A stretch of 64,000 bases of DNA, taken from positions 8,617 through 72,616 of the IMG/VR virus record IMGVR_UViG_3300033417_000005. One strand, 5' to 3'. How positions within the stretch are numbered: position 1 is the stretch's first letter; each line of letters starts with the position of its first letter. This document shows, piece after piece, positions 9,838 through 19,949 of this stretch. Under the pieces are notes generated by a model, which was given only the letters and a program-made list of their open reading frames with translations, had not been told where the DNA came from and made no database searches. Source of the DNA: a virus. Taxonomy: Duplodnaviria > Caudoviricetes. The position numbers and the translations under genes are program-made.

Positions 9838-10125
9838 ATGGTTGATACTGGAGACTCCCCCTGCTGCGCCAATTGTTGTTATGCCTTCAAGGGGGCTGGA
9901 ATAGGCAACGCGCTGCTGGAATGCCGCTACGAACCACCGAAAGTATTCATGTTTACTATTCCGATGAAGGGGGTGGTTCCAGGACAATCCGCCGTTCAAA
10001 TGCGGTTCCAGTCCAAGTTCCCCGACGTAGATCCAACGCACGTCTGCGGCAAACACCCGCAGTATCCGAGGACAGCTCCTCCCTTTGCCAAACCTAGTCC
10101 GCCTCCACCTCCCCCGAAAAAGTAA
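9838..10125 (+). CDS. Small Cys-rich phage protein
   Basis: CANC...CRYEPP...FPDV...VCGKH pattern. Confidence 0.55.
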   Translation: MVDTGDSPCCANCCYAFKGAGIGNALLECRYEPPKVFMFTIPMKGVVPGQSAVQMRFQSKFPDVDPTHVCGKHPQYPRTAPPFAKPSPPPPPPKK

Positions 10126-10129
10126 TTCA

Positions 10130-11245
10130 ATGATCGATCAGGGAGTTCCACAAACGATTGATCAGCTTCTTGATCGGCTGGGCCGGGACAGACGGGTGAC
10201 TTTGGTTTCCCGCCCTCTCCCCGCTCCTTCTTACACTGGAACGAGTGGAGAGCGAAAGGTGTTTCTAGGCGTAGAATCTATGAGGCGTCACATGACGGAT
10301 GAAGGATGGCTGCTTACTATCGGCCTTCAATCCGCGGGATACCATCTGTGGGGCCATGGGTTCGACAACAACCTCACTGACGTAGAGCAGATAGTGCAAC
10401 TAGCCTCGCCTGACGTAGTGGCTGTACAAGACAAGCGGGAGTGGGAGGGGCTGACTGGAGACCGAGACGCGAGGAGAGCGCCTGAACGTTCGAAGGATTG
10501 CTTTACACGGATCGACGTCTTGCGATCTAGGAACGATCTATTCAAAGTCACCGTACTGAAAGACTCCCACCAACAGAACCACTATCACCGAGCCTCAGCC
10601 GAAGAAATGGGGTGTCATGCGTGGATTGTCTACTATCATCCAAGAATTGTACGCCATCTAGCTCCTTATGTACGACCGACTCACCTGATTCGCACCCACC
10701 ATTGCGTGGACGGCGAAGCGATACCCGACTACTGCAAGTATGAGCGGAAGAGCTGTCTGCTTAGTGGAGCAATCGGCGCGGTGTATCCCATCCGGCAAGC
10801 GTTGCTGAAAAAGCTGGCAACAATTCCGGAACTGGAGTATTGGCCGCATCCCGGTTATCACGCCCACGGGCCCGACACCAGCCGTTATCTACAACTGCTC
10901 TCTCAATACCGGGCGGCAATATGCACGTCGAGTATCTATGGCTATGCCATACGAAAGATTTATGAGGCCACGGCTTGCGGCTGCGTGGTAATTACGGACC
11001 TGCCAAGAGACGACTGCTTGCCGGTAATTGATGAGAATCTTATTAGAATCTCTCCCGGTACGGACAACTTGTGCGTTACTATTCGCAATCTCATCAAATG
11101 GATCGATTGTAACTACTGTCCGGTCAGGCAGCATGCTTTAGCGGAACGATGTAAAGAGTACTACGACTGGCGAGCCGTGGGAAACCGGCTGGCGGCAGAC
11201 GTCGAAGAGTTAAGAAAGGGATACTCCAGTGACGTGGATCGTTAG
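10130..11245 (+). CDS. Glycosyltransferase, GT-B fold (CgeB-like C-terminal domain)
   Basis: AAICTSSIYGYAIRKIYEATACGCVVITD. Confidence 0.7.
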   Translation: MIDQGVPQTIDQLLDRLGRDRRVTLVSRPLPAPSYTGTSGERKVFLGVESMRRHMTDEGWLLTIGLQSAGYHLWGHGFDNNLTDVEQIVQLASPDVVAVQDKREWEGLTGDRDARRAPERSKDCFTRIDVLRSRNDLFKVTVLKDSHQQNHYHRASAEEMGCHAWIVYYHPRIVRHLAPYVRPTHLIRTHHCVDGEAIPDYCKYERKSCLLSGAIGAVYPIRQALLKKLATIPELEYWPHPGYHAHGPDTSRYLQLLSQYRAAICTSSIYGYAIRKIYEATACGCVVITDLPRDDCLPVIDENLIRISPGTDNLCVTIRNLIKWIDCNYCPVRQHALAERCKEYYDWRAVGNRLAADVEELRKGYSSDVDR

Positions 11246-11825
11246 TAAACTGACGAATCGTGAGCAACTGCCTTGCCTGATAAAACACAGGCTGGACAAG
11301 GGAGTTATTGTGGAGATCGGGACCCATCAAGGTCTCTACAGCCTGCAACTGCTCAAGCAGAGCAGGGGAACAGTGTGCTGTGTCGACCCCTGGGACAATA
11401 CTTCAGAAGAGTACATTGAACAAGCACGGATGCTGCCTACTCCTTCTGTTGATCGAAGAGACGACCACAAGCTGACCGTAGAGAGACTACAGGTATTTGG
11501 CGGTCGTGCGCGCATTCTAAAAATGACTAGCTTGCAAGCCTTGGGCCACTTTAGGGACGAAAGCGTTGACCTCGTATATGTAGACGGCGATCACAGTTAC
11601 GAATCCGTGTTGTCTGACCTCACCCAATGGTGGCGGAAGATTCGGTCTGGTGGGTATCTGGCGGGACACGACATTGTTTGTCCCGGGGAACAGAAAGGCG
11701 GCTGGGGACAGACAATCCAGCCCGCCGTACGGCACTTTGTTACTGCGGCGCGGCCTCAAGAGCTTGACGTCTATCTTATCGTTGATTGTAACTTTCCTTG
11801 GTCCTTCTACATTCAGAAGCCTTAA
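11229..11825 (+). CDS. Class I SAM-dependent methyltransferase (Methyltransf_24-like)
   Basis: VEIGTHQG, DLVYVDGDHSYESV...GGYLAGHD. Confidence 0.85.
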   Translation: MTWIVSKLTNREQLPCLIKHRLDKGVIVEIGTHQGLYSLQLLKQSRGTVCCVDPWDNTSEEYIEQARMLPTPSVDRRDDHKLTVERLQVFGGRARILKMTSLQALGHFRDESVDLVYVDGDHSYESVLSDLTQWWRKIRSGGYLAGHDIVCPGEQKGGWGQTIQPAVRHFVTAARPQELDVYLIVDCNFPWSFYIQKP

Positions 11826-12782
11826 ATGAACGAAAACCAAGAACGCAAGGCAGCACTTGAAAGTATGAGATATCCTTCCACACGGCGTCCCGGAGTCTAT
11901 AGCGGAGGAGTCTTGCAAATTTGGGTAACTCGCGCGTGCGACAAATCTTGCTACGGCTGCACTCAAGGGAGCAATTTACGAGGCAAGCCGGGAATGATTA
12001 CCATCGAACAGTTTGAACAAGCCTGCATCAGCCTCATGGAGCCTGAGCCCTACTTCGGCACGATAGGAATGTTTGGGGGCAACCCCGCGGTTCATCCACA
12101 GTTCGAACTACTATGCGAAATCATGAGGGCTCACATTCCAAAGGAGAAATGCGGTTTGTGGTGCAACACCCTTATGGGCAAGGGAGCGGCGGCTCGTCGT
12201 ACGTTTAGCCCCGCCCGCAGCAACCTCAACGTTCACTTGGACGAAGCGGCATATCTTGAGTTCAAACGTGACTGGCCGGAGAGTATGCCCTTTGGTCTGA
12301 GTGACGACAGCCGACACAGCCCGCCCTACGTGGCCTTGAAAGACGTGGTCTACAACGAGGAAGAAAGGTGGAACCTGATCGCAAATTGTGACGTCAACAA
12401 GTATTGGTCGGCCATGATCTGTGTATTCCGCGGTCAGCTCCGTGGATACTTTTGCGAGATCGCCGGCGCACAAGCCATGCTCCATCAGGACGAACCGTTG
12501 TATCCAGACACTGGATTGGAGGTTACTCCGGGATGGTGGCAACGGCCGAACGTAGACTTCTACGAACAAGTATCTCACCATTGTCATAGCTGTGGAGTTC
12601 CTCTGCGCGGCTATGGTGAGTTGGCACAAGCGATTGACGGCCGCGAACAAGTAAGCATTACCCATAGCGACGTGTACCGGCCTAAAATAAAGGGCAGGCG
12701 GGTGGACCTGGTTACAAGTCGCAAGCAGCTAGGCGAGCCTTTACAGAATATGGTGGACTATCTGAGGAATGCAAAGAAATGA
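11826..12782 (+). CDS. Radical SAM protein
   Basis: CDKSCYGC (CxxxCxxC), FGGNP motif, extra C-terminal cysteines. Confidence 0.85.
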   Translation: MNENQERKAALESMRYPSTRRPGVYSGGVLQIWVTRACDKSCYGCTQGSNLRGKPGMITIEQFEQACISLMEPEPYFGTIGMFGGNPAVHPQFELLCEIMRAHIPKEKCGLWCNTLMGKGAAARRTFSPARSNLNVHLDEAAYLEFKRDWPESMPFGLSDDSRHSPPYVALKDVVYNEEERWNLIANCDVNKYWSAMICVFRGQLRGYFCEIAGAQAMLHQDEPLYPDTGLEVTPGWWQRPNVDFYEQVSHHCHSCGVPLRGYGELAQAIDGREQVSITHSDVYRPKIKGRRVDLVTSRKQLGEPLQNMVDYLRNAKK

Positions 12783-13864
12783 GACTGCTAGAAGTGGCTG
12801 TGGGAGACCTATGGCCGGGAAGCTACGACATAGACAATCAGCCTCTCTATTGGCCTGAACTGAGCCGGGAGGCGTACGACCGTGCATTCGAGCAACTAGA
12901 ACAGAATCCGAATATTGAAGACACACATTTGGAACTGTACCCTATTTGGCACGACTACCTGAGAGGCGTCTACGGAAGAGTTCCTACGAAACTAGACACC
13001 CCTATCCAGGGAAGACTTCAACGGTGGGAGTTCGCCGTTCAGAGATTTCGGGCGATGCAGCAGAGTTTTGCCGCTTACGGCTATCAGCCTGAGAGGATTG
13101 GCCGGGGAGAACAGTACCTCGCGAGAATTAGCAGTGAAGGACGAGTCTGTATTTATCAAGGCAACAAGCGCGTAGCCTTGTTACGAAGGATGAACAAAAA
13201 CTTCAAGATTCTTATGCAAGTGCTGCCGAGTCTTGGTAACTGGGAGTCTTTCAAACTGGATAAGCTGTACCCTCCGGGAAAGGACGAGATTTATCAGCCG
13301 CTTGAGCATCCAGACTTTCAGCACTACAAGCCGGCGCAGCCTTGCACGGAACGATGGAAAATGATGGCCCCTTATGTGGAAAAGAAATCTCCGGGTACTC
13401 TTTTGGACCTTGGATGTCATACGGGATGGTTTTGTAGAAGGTTCCAAGAGCTTGGATGGACTACTCTAGGTATTGATTCTTCCAAACATGAGATACGAAT
13501 GGCGAATATTATGCAGTCTTGGAGTCCTAGATGTCCCAGCGCCCGCTCTCAGTTTCTAGCGCAATCAGTACAGAACACCTTGGATTTCAAGAGAAGTGAG
13601 AAATTCGACGCGGTGTTGTGTCTTAGTCTAGTCATGCACTTATTTCCGGAAGAACCCAAGCTGCTCTACTCTTTCCTAGATACAATCAGTAAGAACAGTT
13701 CCTTGCTGTTCATGGATTGTGGGTGGGGAACGTATGCTAAGAACCTGCCTTTCACGGAAGAGGAGATGGGAGAGGCGATTGCTCGAAATACCCGATACGA
13801 GACGTTCAAGATCTTGGGGCAGTCACAACGCGAGAACCGTCCTTTGTATCTTTTCGAGAGATAA
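12779..13864 (+). CDS. ParB-like N-terminal domain fused to class I SAM methyltransferase
   Basis: IYQGNKRVALL in the N-terminal half. LLDLGCHTGW (motif I) and FDAVLCLSLVMH in the C-terminal half. Confidence 0.7.
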   Translation: MRLLEVAVGDLWPGSYDIDNQPLYWPELSREAYDRAFEQLEQNPNIEDTHLELYPIWHDYLRGVYGRVPTKLDTPIQGRLQRWEFAVQRFRAMQQSFAAYGYQPERIGRGEQYLARISSEGRVCIYQGNKRVALLRRMNKNFKILMQVLPSLGNWESFKLDKLYPPGKDEIYQPLEHPDFQHYKPAQPCTERWKMMAPYVEKKSPGTLLDLGCHTGWFCRRFQELGWTTLGIDSSKHEIRMANIMQSWSPRCPSARSQFLAQSVQNTLDFKRSEKFDAVLCLSLVMHLFPEEPKLLYSFLDTISKNSSLLFMDCGWGTYAKNLPFTEEEMGEAIARNTRYETFKILGQSQRENRPLYLFER

Positions 13865-13907
13865 ACAAACATCTAGGACGCCACATAACTTCGTTAGGAG
13901 ACCTGTG

Positions 13908-14471
13908 ATGAGAGTGTTCGTTGTTGGTACGGGCCGTTGCGGCACTTGCACGTTCTTTCAGGCTTGCAAGCATATCAGCAACTTTACCACGGATCATGAG
14001 GGGAAAAGTGGTCAGCGGGACATTGGAGAGTGGGAATACCCAGACAATCATATTGAAGTCGCCGCGCATCTAGCGATTGCCATGGGTCACTTGCGGCTCA
14101 AGTACCCAGAAGCTCGATGGGTGCATTTGATACGGAACGAGGAGAACTGTGTAAGATCGCTAGTAACCAATTCTCAGGCTCCGTTAGACTACTTCGCATT
14201 GCACTGGCTGCAAGCTTTTCAGTTTAATCCTGTCCGCTGCGCTAGAGTCTTTTACCATTTGGTCAACGACAACATCCGCGCCATGCTGCCCCGTGGAAAT
14301 TATTCCATGACCATCCAGCTTGAAAACATACAGAATGCTTGGCCCGAGTTCTGGTCCTGGATAGAGGCCTCCGGAACGTACTCCAGCAGCTTGGATACAT
14401 GGACTCGTAAATACAACAGCACGTATCAAAGGGGCAGGGACGAATGGATACCACAAGGATTCCAGTTATAA
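13908..14471 (+). CDS. Sulfotransferase-like P-loop protein
   Basis: VVGTGRCGT (5'-PSB-like loop) and LIRNEENCVRS (R-x7-S 3'-PB-like motif). AGGAG SD. Confidence 0.6.
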   Translation: MRVFVVGTGRCGTCTFFQACKHISNFTTDHEGKSGQRDIGEWEYPDNHIEVAAHLAIAMGHLRLKYPEARWVHLIRNEENCVRSLVTNSQAPLDYFALHWLQAFQFNPVRCARVFYHLVNDNIRAMLPRGNYSMTIQLENIQNAWPEFWSWIEASGTYSSSLDTWTRKYNSTYQRGRDEWIPQGFQL

Positions 14472-14516
14472 GCCCTGAACACGAGTCTATCACCAAGTTA
14501 AAGAAAGAACTGTCCT

Positions 14517-15290
14517 ATGTATCCCCCTGACCTTGATTTACGAGCGATTCTTGTTTGTGTCGACTACTCGGACATCCTTGCCTTCACCCTGCCCTACAAC
14601 CGTCATCATTTTAGCGAAGTGCTGGTGGTTACAACTCCTTGGGATTACGAGTCACAGGTCTATGCTCAGTTAAACAACTGTAGTTGGTACGCAACGGAAT
14701 CTTTCTACGACGATGGGGCATCCTTCAACAAATGGAAGGCGTTGGAAGAAGGACTGGACCATATATGCCGACACGGGTGGATTGTTATCATGGACGCCGA
14801 CATTCTATGGCCGAAGAAGATACTATGGCAAGACTTTGAATTGGAACAGGGATGTATCTACACCCCGATGCGCAGGGAAAGATGGCAGCTTAGTTTACCC
14901 GTTCCCCTGCAAGAAGACGAGTGGCATCGGTATCCACTGCATGGAAATACCACTGAATGGGCTGGCTGGACACAGATATTTCACGCGGAGGATCCCGTAC
15001 TGGGCAATCCCCCTTGGCACGAAGTGAACTGGAAGCACGCTGGAGGGGCCGACAGCTTCTTCCAGCGCAAGTGGTCCAAGGAAAATAAGAAACGTCCCCC
15101 GTTTGAAGTCCTCCACTTGGGCGAATGCGGGCGCAACTGGTACGGCCGCACTACCAACTACCTAGACGGCACAACGCCGATAGAAAAGGATCACAGACTG
15201 GCGCAGCTAGCCGCAATGCGCGTGGCGCGTAAAGCCAATCGTTACCACGACGACCCATTCAAGGATGAAAGGATCGGCAACGGTGACTAA
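14517..15290 (+). CDS. Glycosyltransferase, GT-A fold
   Basis: ILVCVDYSD...IVIMDADIL (DxD)...GGADSFF...VLHLG. Confidence 0.7.
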   Translation: MYPPDLDLRAILVCVDYSDILAFTLPYNRHHFSEVLVVTTPWDYESQVYAQLNNCSWYATESFYDDGASFNKWKALEEGLDHICRHGWIVIMDADILWPKKILWQDFELEQGCIYTPMRRERWQLSLPVPLQEDEWHRYPLHGNTTEWAGWTQIFHAEDPVLGNPPWHEVNWKHAGGADSFFQRKWSKENKKRPPFEVLHLGECGRNWYGRTTNYLDGTTPIEKDHRLAQLAAMRVARKANRYHDDPFKDERIGNGD

Positions 15291-15386
15291 TTCAATTGCC
15301 GCCTCGCCTCAACCTGAGTTAGGGCGTTGTAAGGTGAGGGTGTCTGGTGGCTCCTACCCCTCACGAGGCGGGGCGGTTTGTTGCCG

Positions 15387-15791
15387 TCAAAAAGGCAGCC
15401 GATGCTTTTCAATGCGGTCTTTCCAATGGGCGAGTTCTTGCTTGGTCCACGTTCTAGCCGCTGGATGCTTCATGCGCAGTACGGCGCAGTCGGGCTTGTA
15501 GCCACAATTCTTGTAGGTATCCCACGCCACGTTGCCACACACAAGCAATAGGTGATAGCTAATCCGCTGCAAAGTACGAGCCAGCCGTTGAGGGTCGGGG
15601 GTGCCTTTTTGCTGCGCATTGGCCACTTGTTCCACGCACGCATTGGTGACTAAGAAGTTTGAGTGGCCAATGAGATAGTACAGCCGGCGACCGCTAAAGT
15701 TATTGCGGTTGATTTGAAACAGCGAGGGAGCAATAGGCTGCTTGACGCCCCACATCACTTCCAGCACCACGAGACATTGAATGTGCATCAT
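15387..15791 (-). CDS. Divergent uracil-DNA glycosylase superfamily protein
   Basis: LVTNAC...LLVCGNVA...MKHPAAR correspond to conserved UDG-superfamily elements. Confidence 0.55.
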   Translation of the reverse strand: MMHIQCLVVLEVMWGVKQPIAPSLFQINRNNFSGRRLYYLIGHSNFLVTNACVEQVANAQQKGTPDPQRLARTLQRISYHLLLVCGNVAWDTYKNCGYKPDCAVLRMKHPAARTWTKQELAHWKDRIEKHRLPF

Positions 15792-17164
15792 TGGACAATC
15801 TCCTCATAGAGCTTCGTTACGAGAGGGGTAATTGTGTAGCGCAGTCTGCCTCGCATGGGTCTCCCTCCAAAGTCCGCGCCTGTGTGGGTCTGTACAACTT
15901 TCACCTTGACCAAGAACCGCAGCAGCTTGACCAATTCTCCTTCGCTCTGGTTTAGCCGTACTGCCAGCGCCCCCAGCTCACACCCTTCCGGATGTTCTCG
16001 AAGCAGCTGCACAATCTGTAGCGTAGCCCCACGGCTCGTATCCAAGCACACCTTGCGTATTCGTTGCATTACCTCCTCATCTACTTCTTCACGATTCAAT
16101 ACCACGGCCAAACACAGCGACATGCGTATATGCTGGCTTACCAGCCGACTAGCGCATTCACGGGTGGCAGCTTCGGTGACGTTTGCATTGGGACGCGCTC
16201 GCATGTACGCGGTAAACTTGCCGAGCCGTATACAGTAGTCCCTCGCCTTGTTGCTCATCTTTGTGCTTGCCAGCAGCTCTTCCGCATTTTCGCGCAAATA
16301 GTCCACATATCCGCCGGTAAGCCGCATGGCGTTGGCAGTGGCGGCGTCGTATACGCCGTAAGCATTAGCCTCTTCTTCTCCCCTGCTCATACTTCCCCTT
16401 GCTCGGTTGCCGACGTGCAATAGAATTTTGTCTTCTAGCACGTCGCTAATTTGGTCCATAATTACACAGTCCAAGAATCTTTCCCCCAACTCGCTCGTGT
16501 CAATGGCTCGCAGGCTGCTTGTACCGCATAGAATCCAGGTAAGGTTGATCCCCTCGTAGGTCCTACTCATCTTGTTACGATAGTGAGTACGGCTCACCCG
16601 ATCATAGATGTCACGGGCCTCGCTAAGAATCTGGCCACGGTTGGGAGCTTGCAGCAGCGTGTCACCATCCTTGACGATCAGGGTCTTGTTATGGAGTTGT
16701 ACGAGCAGGCTATTGTCTTCATCTTTCTCCGAACCAAATCCACTATGAAACCCCCGAATGGTGCTCTTGGCCATCACGTACTGACCGCTTACGCTCAGGG
16801 CTTCGGCCAGTGTGGACTTTCCACAGCTAGGAGGCCCGATAATTTTCACCCAAAGCTGATCCCCCACGGTGCGGGTGCTGGTTACGCTCGCCAGCATCAC
16901 GCTTAAGGCGCAGTCGAGTCCCCGGGTCCAGTACATGGCCTTGCGCCACGCCCCGATCAGCTCGATATAACTAGTGCAAGGGGCGGGTTGTAAGTTACCT
17001 AGTTTACCACCGTTTTTGAGGGCCTCAGGACCGCCGCCAAGCCATTTTGACGGTAACGGGTACAGGTTGCCAAGCAACCACGCCAAACGCTGCTGAGGCG
17101 TCCCTGAGGGGCTTGTTTTTGGGGCTGTATTTTGCTGGGGGGTGCCTTGGCGCACTAAGGGCAT
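15788..17164 (-). CDS. AAA+/MCM-like replicative helicase (primase partner)
   Basis: IIGPPSCGKST Walker A, LIVKDGDT Walker B variant, ELGERFL arginine finger. Adjacent to primase. Confidence 0.7.
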   Translation of the reverse strand: MPLVRQGTPQQNTAPKTSPSGTPQQRLAWLLGNLYPLPSKWLGGGPEALKNGGKLGNLQPAPCTSYIELIGAWRKAMYWTRGLDCALSVMLASVTSTRTVGDQLWVKIIGPPSCGKSTLAEALSVSGQYVMAKSTIRGFHSGFGSEKDEDNSLLVQLHNKTLIVKDGDTLLQAPNRGQILSEARDIYDRVSRTHYRNKMSRTYEGINLTWILCGTSSLRAIDTSELGERFLDCVIMDQISDVLEDKILLHVGNRARGSMSRGEEEANAYGVYDAATANAMRLTGGYVDYLRENAEELLASTKMSNKARDYCIRLGKFTAYMRARPNANVTEAATRECASRLVSQHIRMSLCLAVVLNREEVDEEVMQRIRKVCLDTSRGATLQIVQLLREHPEGCELGALAVRLNQSEGELVKLLRFLVKVKVVQTHTGADFGGRPMRGRLRYTITPLVTKLYEEIVQ

Positions 17165-17194
17165 CTATTTGGTCCTTTAGGTTAGCTGGGTAAT

Positions 17195-18061
17195 TTAGTT
17201 AAGAGGGGCTAGTAGATCGCTGAGGTCGTACCCGTCCTTCAATTCGGGGCTGTAGTTGCAGTCGAGCGTATTACCGTTCCAGCTCAAATACTGAATCTTC
17301 TTAGGTGGGTCGGGGCTGTTCTTAAGCAAGGCGGCAACACGCTTGAGACCTTCCCAAGCAGCGGGTGGAGATTTGTCCTTTGGTAGATCGTTGTCGTAGA
17401 GCAGGTTCACGGTTCCACGGGCAAACAACGCGCACCATTCACGACGAAACACGCTGCAACTCGGCACGGCGTACACGTTGCTCGTGCTAAACAATTTCTT
17501 TCGGTGCTTCTTCATTAGCTCCCAAAATCTCAGCCCGTCCCACAATCCTTCGCATACATAGTGGGCAGTCGCCGCAGGTTTGTAAAGCGGTCCAAGACCA
17601 AACAGTCCGTGGCGCAGGCCGCTCATAGGCAGCAAGAGGGTACGCTTGCGATTTTGAACGTAGCGATACAACTGTTGCAGCTTCCACTCTAGGGTATAAG
17701 CAGGGACCAGCCACTCCCCGGTGAGTACGCTTTTGCAAAGACCCCACTGTTCTAGAGTTTCAGGATTTTCGATACTACGGTGGTTACACAACGGCAAGTA
17801 ATCTTTCATGCCGGTGGCCAAACAGCTCGCATCCCACAGCCACCGAATAAAGTCGATTGGATTGCGCAGGTCGCACCCGTGCTTGCAATTGCACAGTCCG
17901 TTTTCGACGTGGATGTAGAATTTCTCACGCTGGCATACGGGACATTCAGCGCGCATCTCATCACCTGTTTGATTGATAAACTGCACCCCGTAAGCGGAGT
18001 ATACGGCGAGCCCTGGCGGCGCAGCGGTCTTGTCGCGGCGCTCCTTCACCCTTTTTCTCAT
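17195..18061 (-). CDS. DNA primase (zinc finger + TOPRIM)
   Basis: CPVC...CNCKHGC, YVCEGLWDG, LLYDND. Confidence 0.8.
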   Translation of the reverse strand: MRKRVKERRDKTAAPPGLAVYSAYGVQFINQTGDEMRAECPVCQREKFYIHVENGLCNCKHGCDLRNPIDFIRWLWDASCLATGMKDYLPLCNHRSIENPETLEQWGLCKSVLTGEWLVPAYTLEWKLQQLYRYVQNRKRTLLLPMSGLRHGLFGLGPLYKPAATAHYVCEGLWDGLRFWELMKKHRKKLFSTSNVYAVPSCSVFRREWCALFARGTVNLLYDNDLPKDKSPPAAWEGLKRVAALLKNSPDPPKKIQYLSWNGNTLDCNYSPELKDGYDLSDLLAPLN

Positions 18062-18110
18062 CTTCGTATTTTTCCCAAAATTTTGAACTCGGCCCGCTAA
18101 AACCAGATTA

Positions 18111-19559
18111 CTACGGGTGCTGCAATTGTAAGTGTTTGACGTTAACTTCGTACCTATTAGGATTTCCGGATCCAAGTTCCAGGACGTCTACCCACGTGGT
18201 ATCATATTCATCCTCAAACGGTTCGCTGACAAGCTGTGCTAAGTAGTGATCGTCTCCATCGTCGTCGCGTACCCACGCTCTATCACCCAAGCTCCATCGG
18301 TTTTCGTGGTGCTTACGCGCCTTGAACACTCTCTTCGCCTTTTTTGCCTGCGCAGCGGTGTGGCGTCCTTTAACGGCTGCTTGCGGCGCAGTCTCATTCT
18401 CATTAGCCACGAGCTCATCTTCCACCATGTCGACGCCCCCTAAGGTGGGAAGTTCATCAAGGATGCGTGCTCCCTCGTCGCTTGTGGTATAGTGAATTTC
18501 CACGTTTTGAAGGGTGCATTTGCCGGATTCAATCCAGGCGTTCCAGCCATTGCACACGACGGCCATCCTCAGAGAAGCCGGAACTACTCCTCCTTCATCG
18601 ATTAGTTCCGCGATTTTGGTTCTCACGGCGCGAACGACCCCAGCGTTCTGCGCCAAGGCTGTCACGAACTTTTTCGCCTGCTCGTATTGTTCCAAATTCA
18701 GGTTCTCTTCACGCCGGTCAAAACGGTACTTGGCGTAGTCGCTTTTGCTTGCCGCCATCAGGTACATCAGTCCCGCGGTATAGCCGCAGCTCAGCAGCTT
18801 GGCAATCGCATTGGTCTTGCCGTTTTCCACGTATACGTGACGTACACAGTCAACAAGAGTGGGGTGATTGTTCAAGAATTCCTGGCTGTCGCTATGGGTA
18901 CGAACGGGAGTCTCGTGGACTGCCTGCGCCCCACTGCGGTGCCACAAGATCTGCACGGCGAATTGCCCCAGCTTCGCCACGCGCTTACGATGGCCCTTAT
19001 TCAGGTCGGCAAAGTGTGAGGTACGAAACAGGGCGTCGGCGAAGGTGCTTTCACGAGCGGTGTCGATCGTGTTTTTGATGGCGTCCGTCTCTTCAATGCC
19101 TTTCACGATCAAGGTTTCAATCGTAGGCGGTTTGGTCAAGTGGGCGTACTTCTCCCTCTCAAGCCTCCATGTTTGCTCGGCGAGAACCAGGGCGGGCAAT
19201 ACGTGCTGTCCACTAAGAATTACTCCGTTCTTGCCGATGATGCGAGTATGGCCGTTAAACTGCCAAGCACCGCGGAGTATGTCGTGCATGTAGGTAAGAG
19301 TACGAGTGTGACTATAAGGACGGTTCGCGGTATTATAGGTACAGCGCACCTTATGCCCTTCCCGGTCCTTAAGCAAAAAGTCCTCACCAAAGGGTTGATC
19401 ACCTTCAATCTCCCACCCCAACAGCCGCTTGGCATCCTCGGCGGTAAGACTGTCCCGGCCTGTGCAAGCAACGACTTGCAGCTTGGGATAGACCGCCTTT
19501 CGCCCCGTGGACTTGCCAACGCTTCGCGAGGACTTTTTTCGGTCATTAACGATCGGCAT
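18111..19559 (-). CDS. ParB-like N-terminal domain protein
   Basis: NRPYS...YMHDILRGAWQFNG...GVILSGQHVLPAL. GGAGG SD. Confidence 0.6.
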   Translation of the reverse strand: MPIVNDRKKSSRSVGKSTGRKAVYPKLQVVACTGRDSLTAEDAKRLLGWEIEGDQPFGEDFLLKDREGHKVRCTYNTANRPYSHTRTLTYMHDILRGAWQFNGHTRIIGKNGVILSGQHVLPALVLAEQTWRLEREKYAHLTKPPTIETLIVKGIEETDAIKNTIDTARESTFADALFRTSHFADLNKGHRKRVAKLGQFAVQILWHRSGAQAVHETPVRTHSDSQEFLNNHPTLVDCVRHVYVENGKTNAIAKLLSCGYTAGLMYLMAASKSDYAKYRFDRREENLNLEQYEQAKKFVTALAQNAGVVRAVRTKIAELIDEGGVVPASLRMAVVCNGWNAWIESGKCTLQNVEIHYTTSDEGARILDELPTLGGVDMVEDELVANENETAPQAAVKGRHTAAQAKKAKRVFKARKHHENRWSLGDRAWVRDDDGDDHYLAQLVSEPFEDEYDTTWVDVLELGSGNPNRYEVNVKHLQLQHP

Positions 19560-19755
19560 GAGGTTTCCTCCTGTTCTTGGCGAGGTCTAGCATCACACCG
19601 CATACGACGGCTTTTACTGCCTTCGCGGGTTTGGAAGCAGTGGCCTCTAGCAGCAGGGGTTCATAGACTGCTTCGTCTTCGCTGTAGACAATCCCGTCGG
19701 CAAGCTCCGAGTTAGGAATTCCACAGTCCAACGGCAGGCGCAATACTTTCACCAT
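19546..19755 (-). CDS. Hypothetical protein
   Basis: Strong AGGAG SD upstream of the ATG. 69 aa. Confidence 0.5.
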   Translation of the reverse strand: MVKVLRLPLDCGIPNSELADGIVYSEDEAVYEPLLLEATASKPAKAVKAVVCGVMLDLAKNRRKPHADR

Positions 19756-19899
19756 CTTGGGCTCCTTTCATGGGGTGATTATGGCGAAGCACCGAAAGCG
19801 TTTCACGGCAGTAAGTTACCGCACGGGCATTTTACCAAAAGAGCCTTTCAAACCCTATACCCCACTTTTAGGCCAAAATAAAAAGTAACTTATGGGGTG

Positions 19900-19928
19900 T
19901 TTACAGACGGCTTCAAAAATGTTATCCT
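19900..19928 (+). promoter_or_regulatory. Sigma70-type promoter for the rightward replication operon
   Basis: TTTACA-N17-TATCCT with extended -10 TG. Confidence 0.6.
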
Positions 19929-19949
19929 GAAGGGGTTCCTGTCCGAAAA

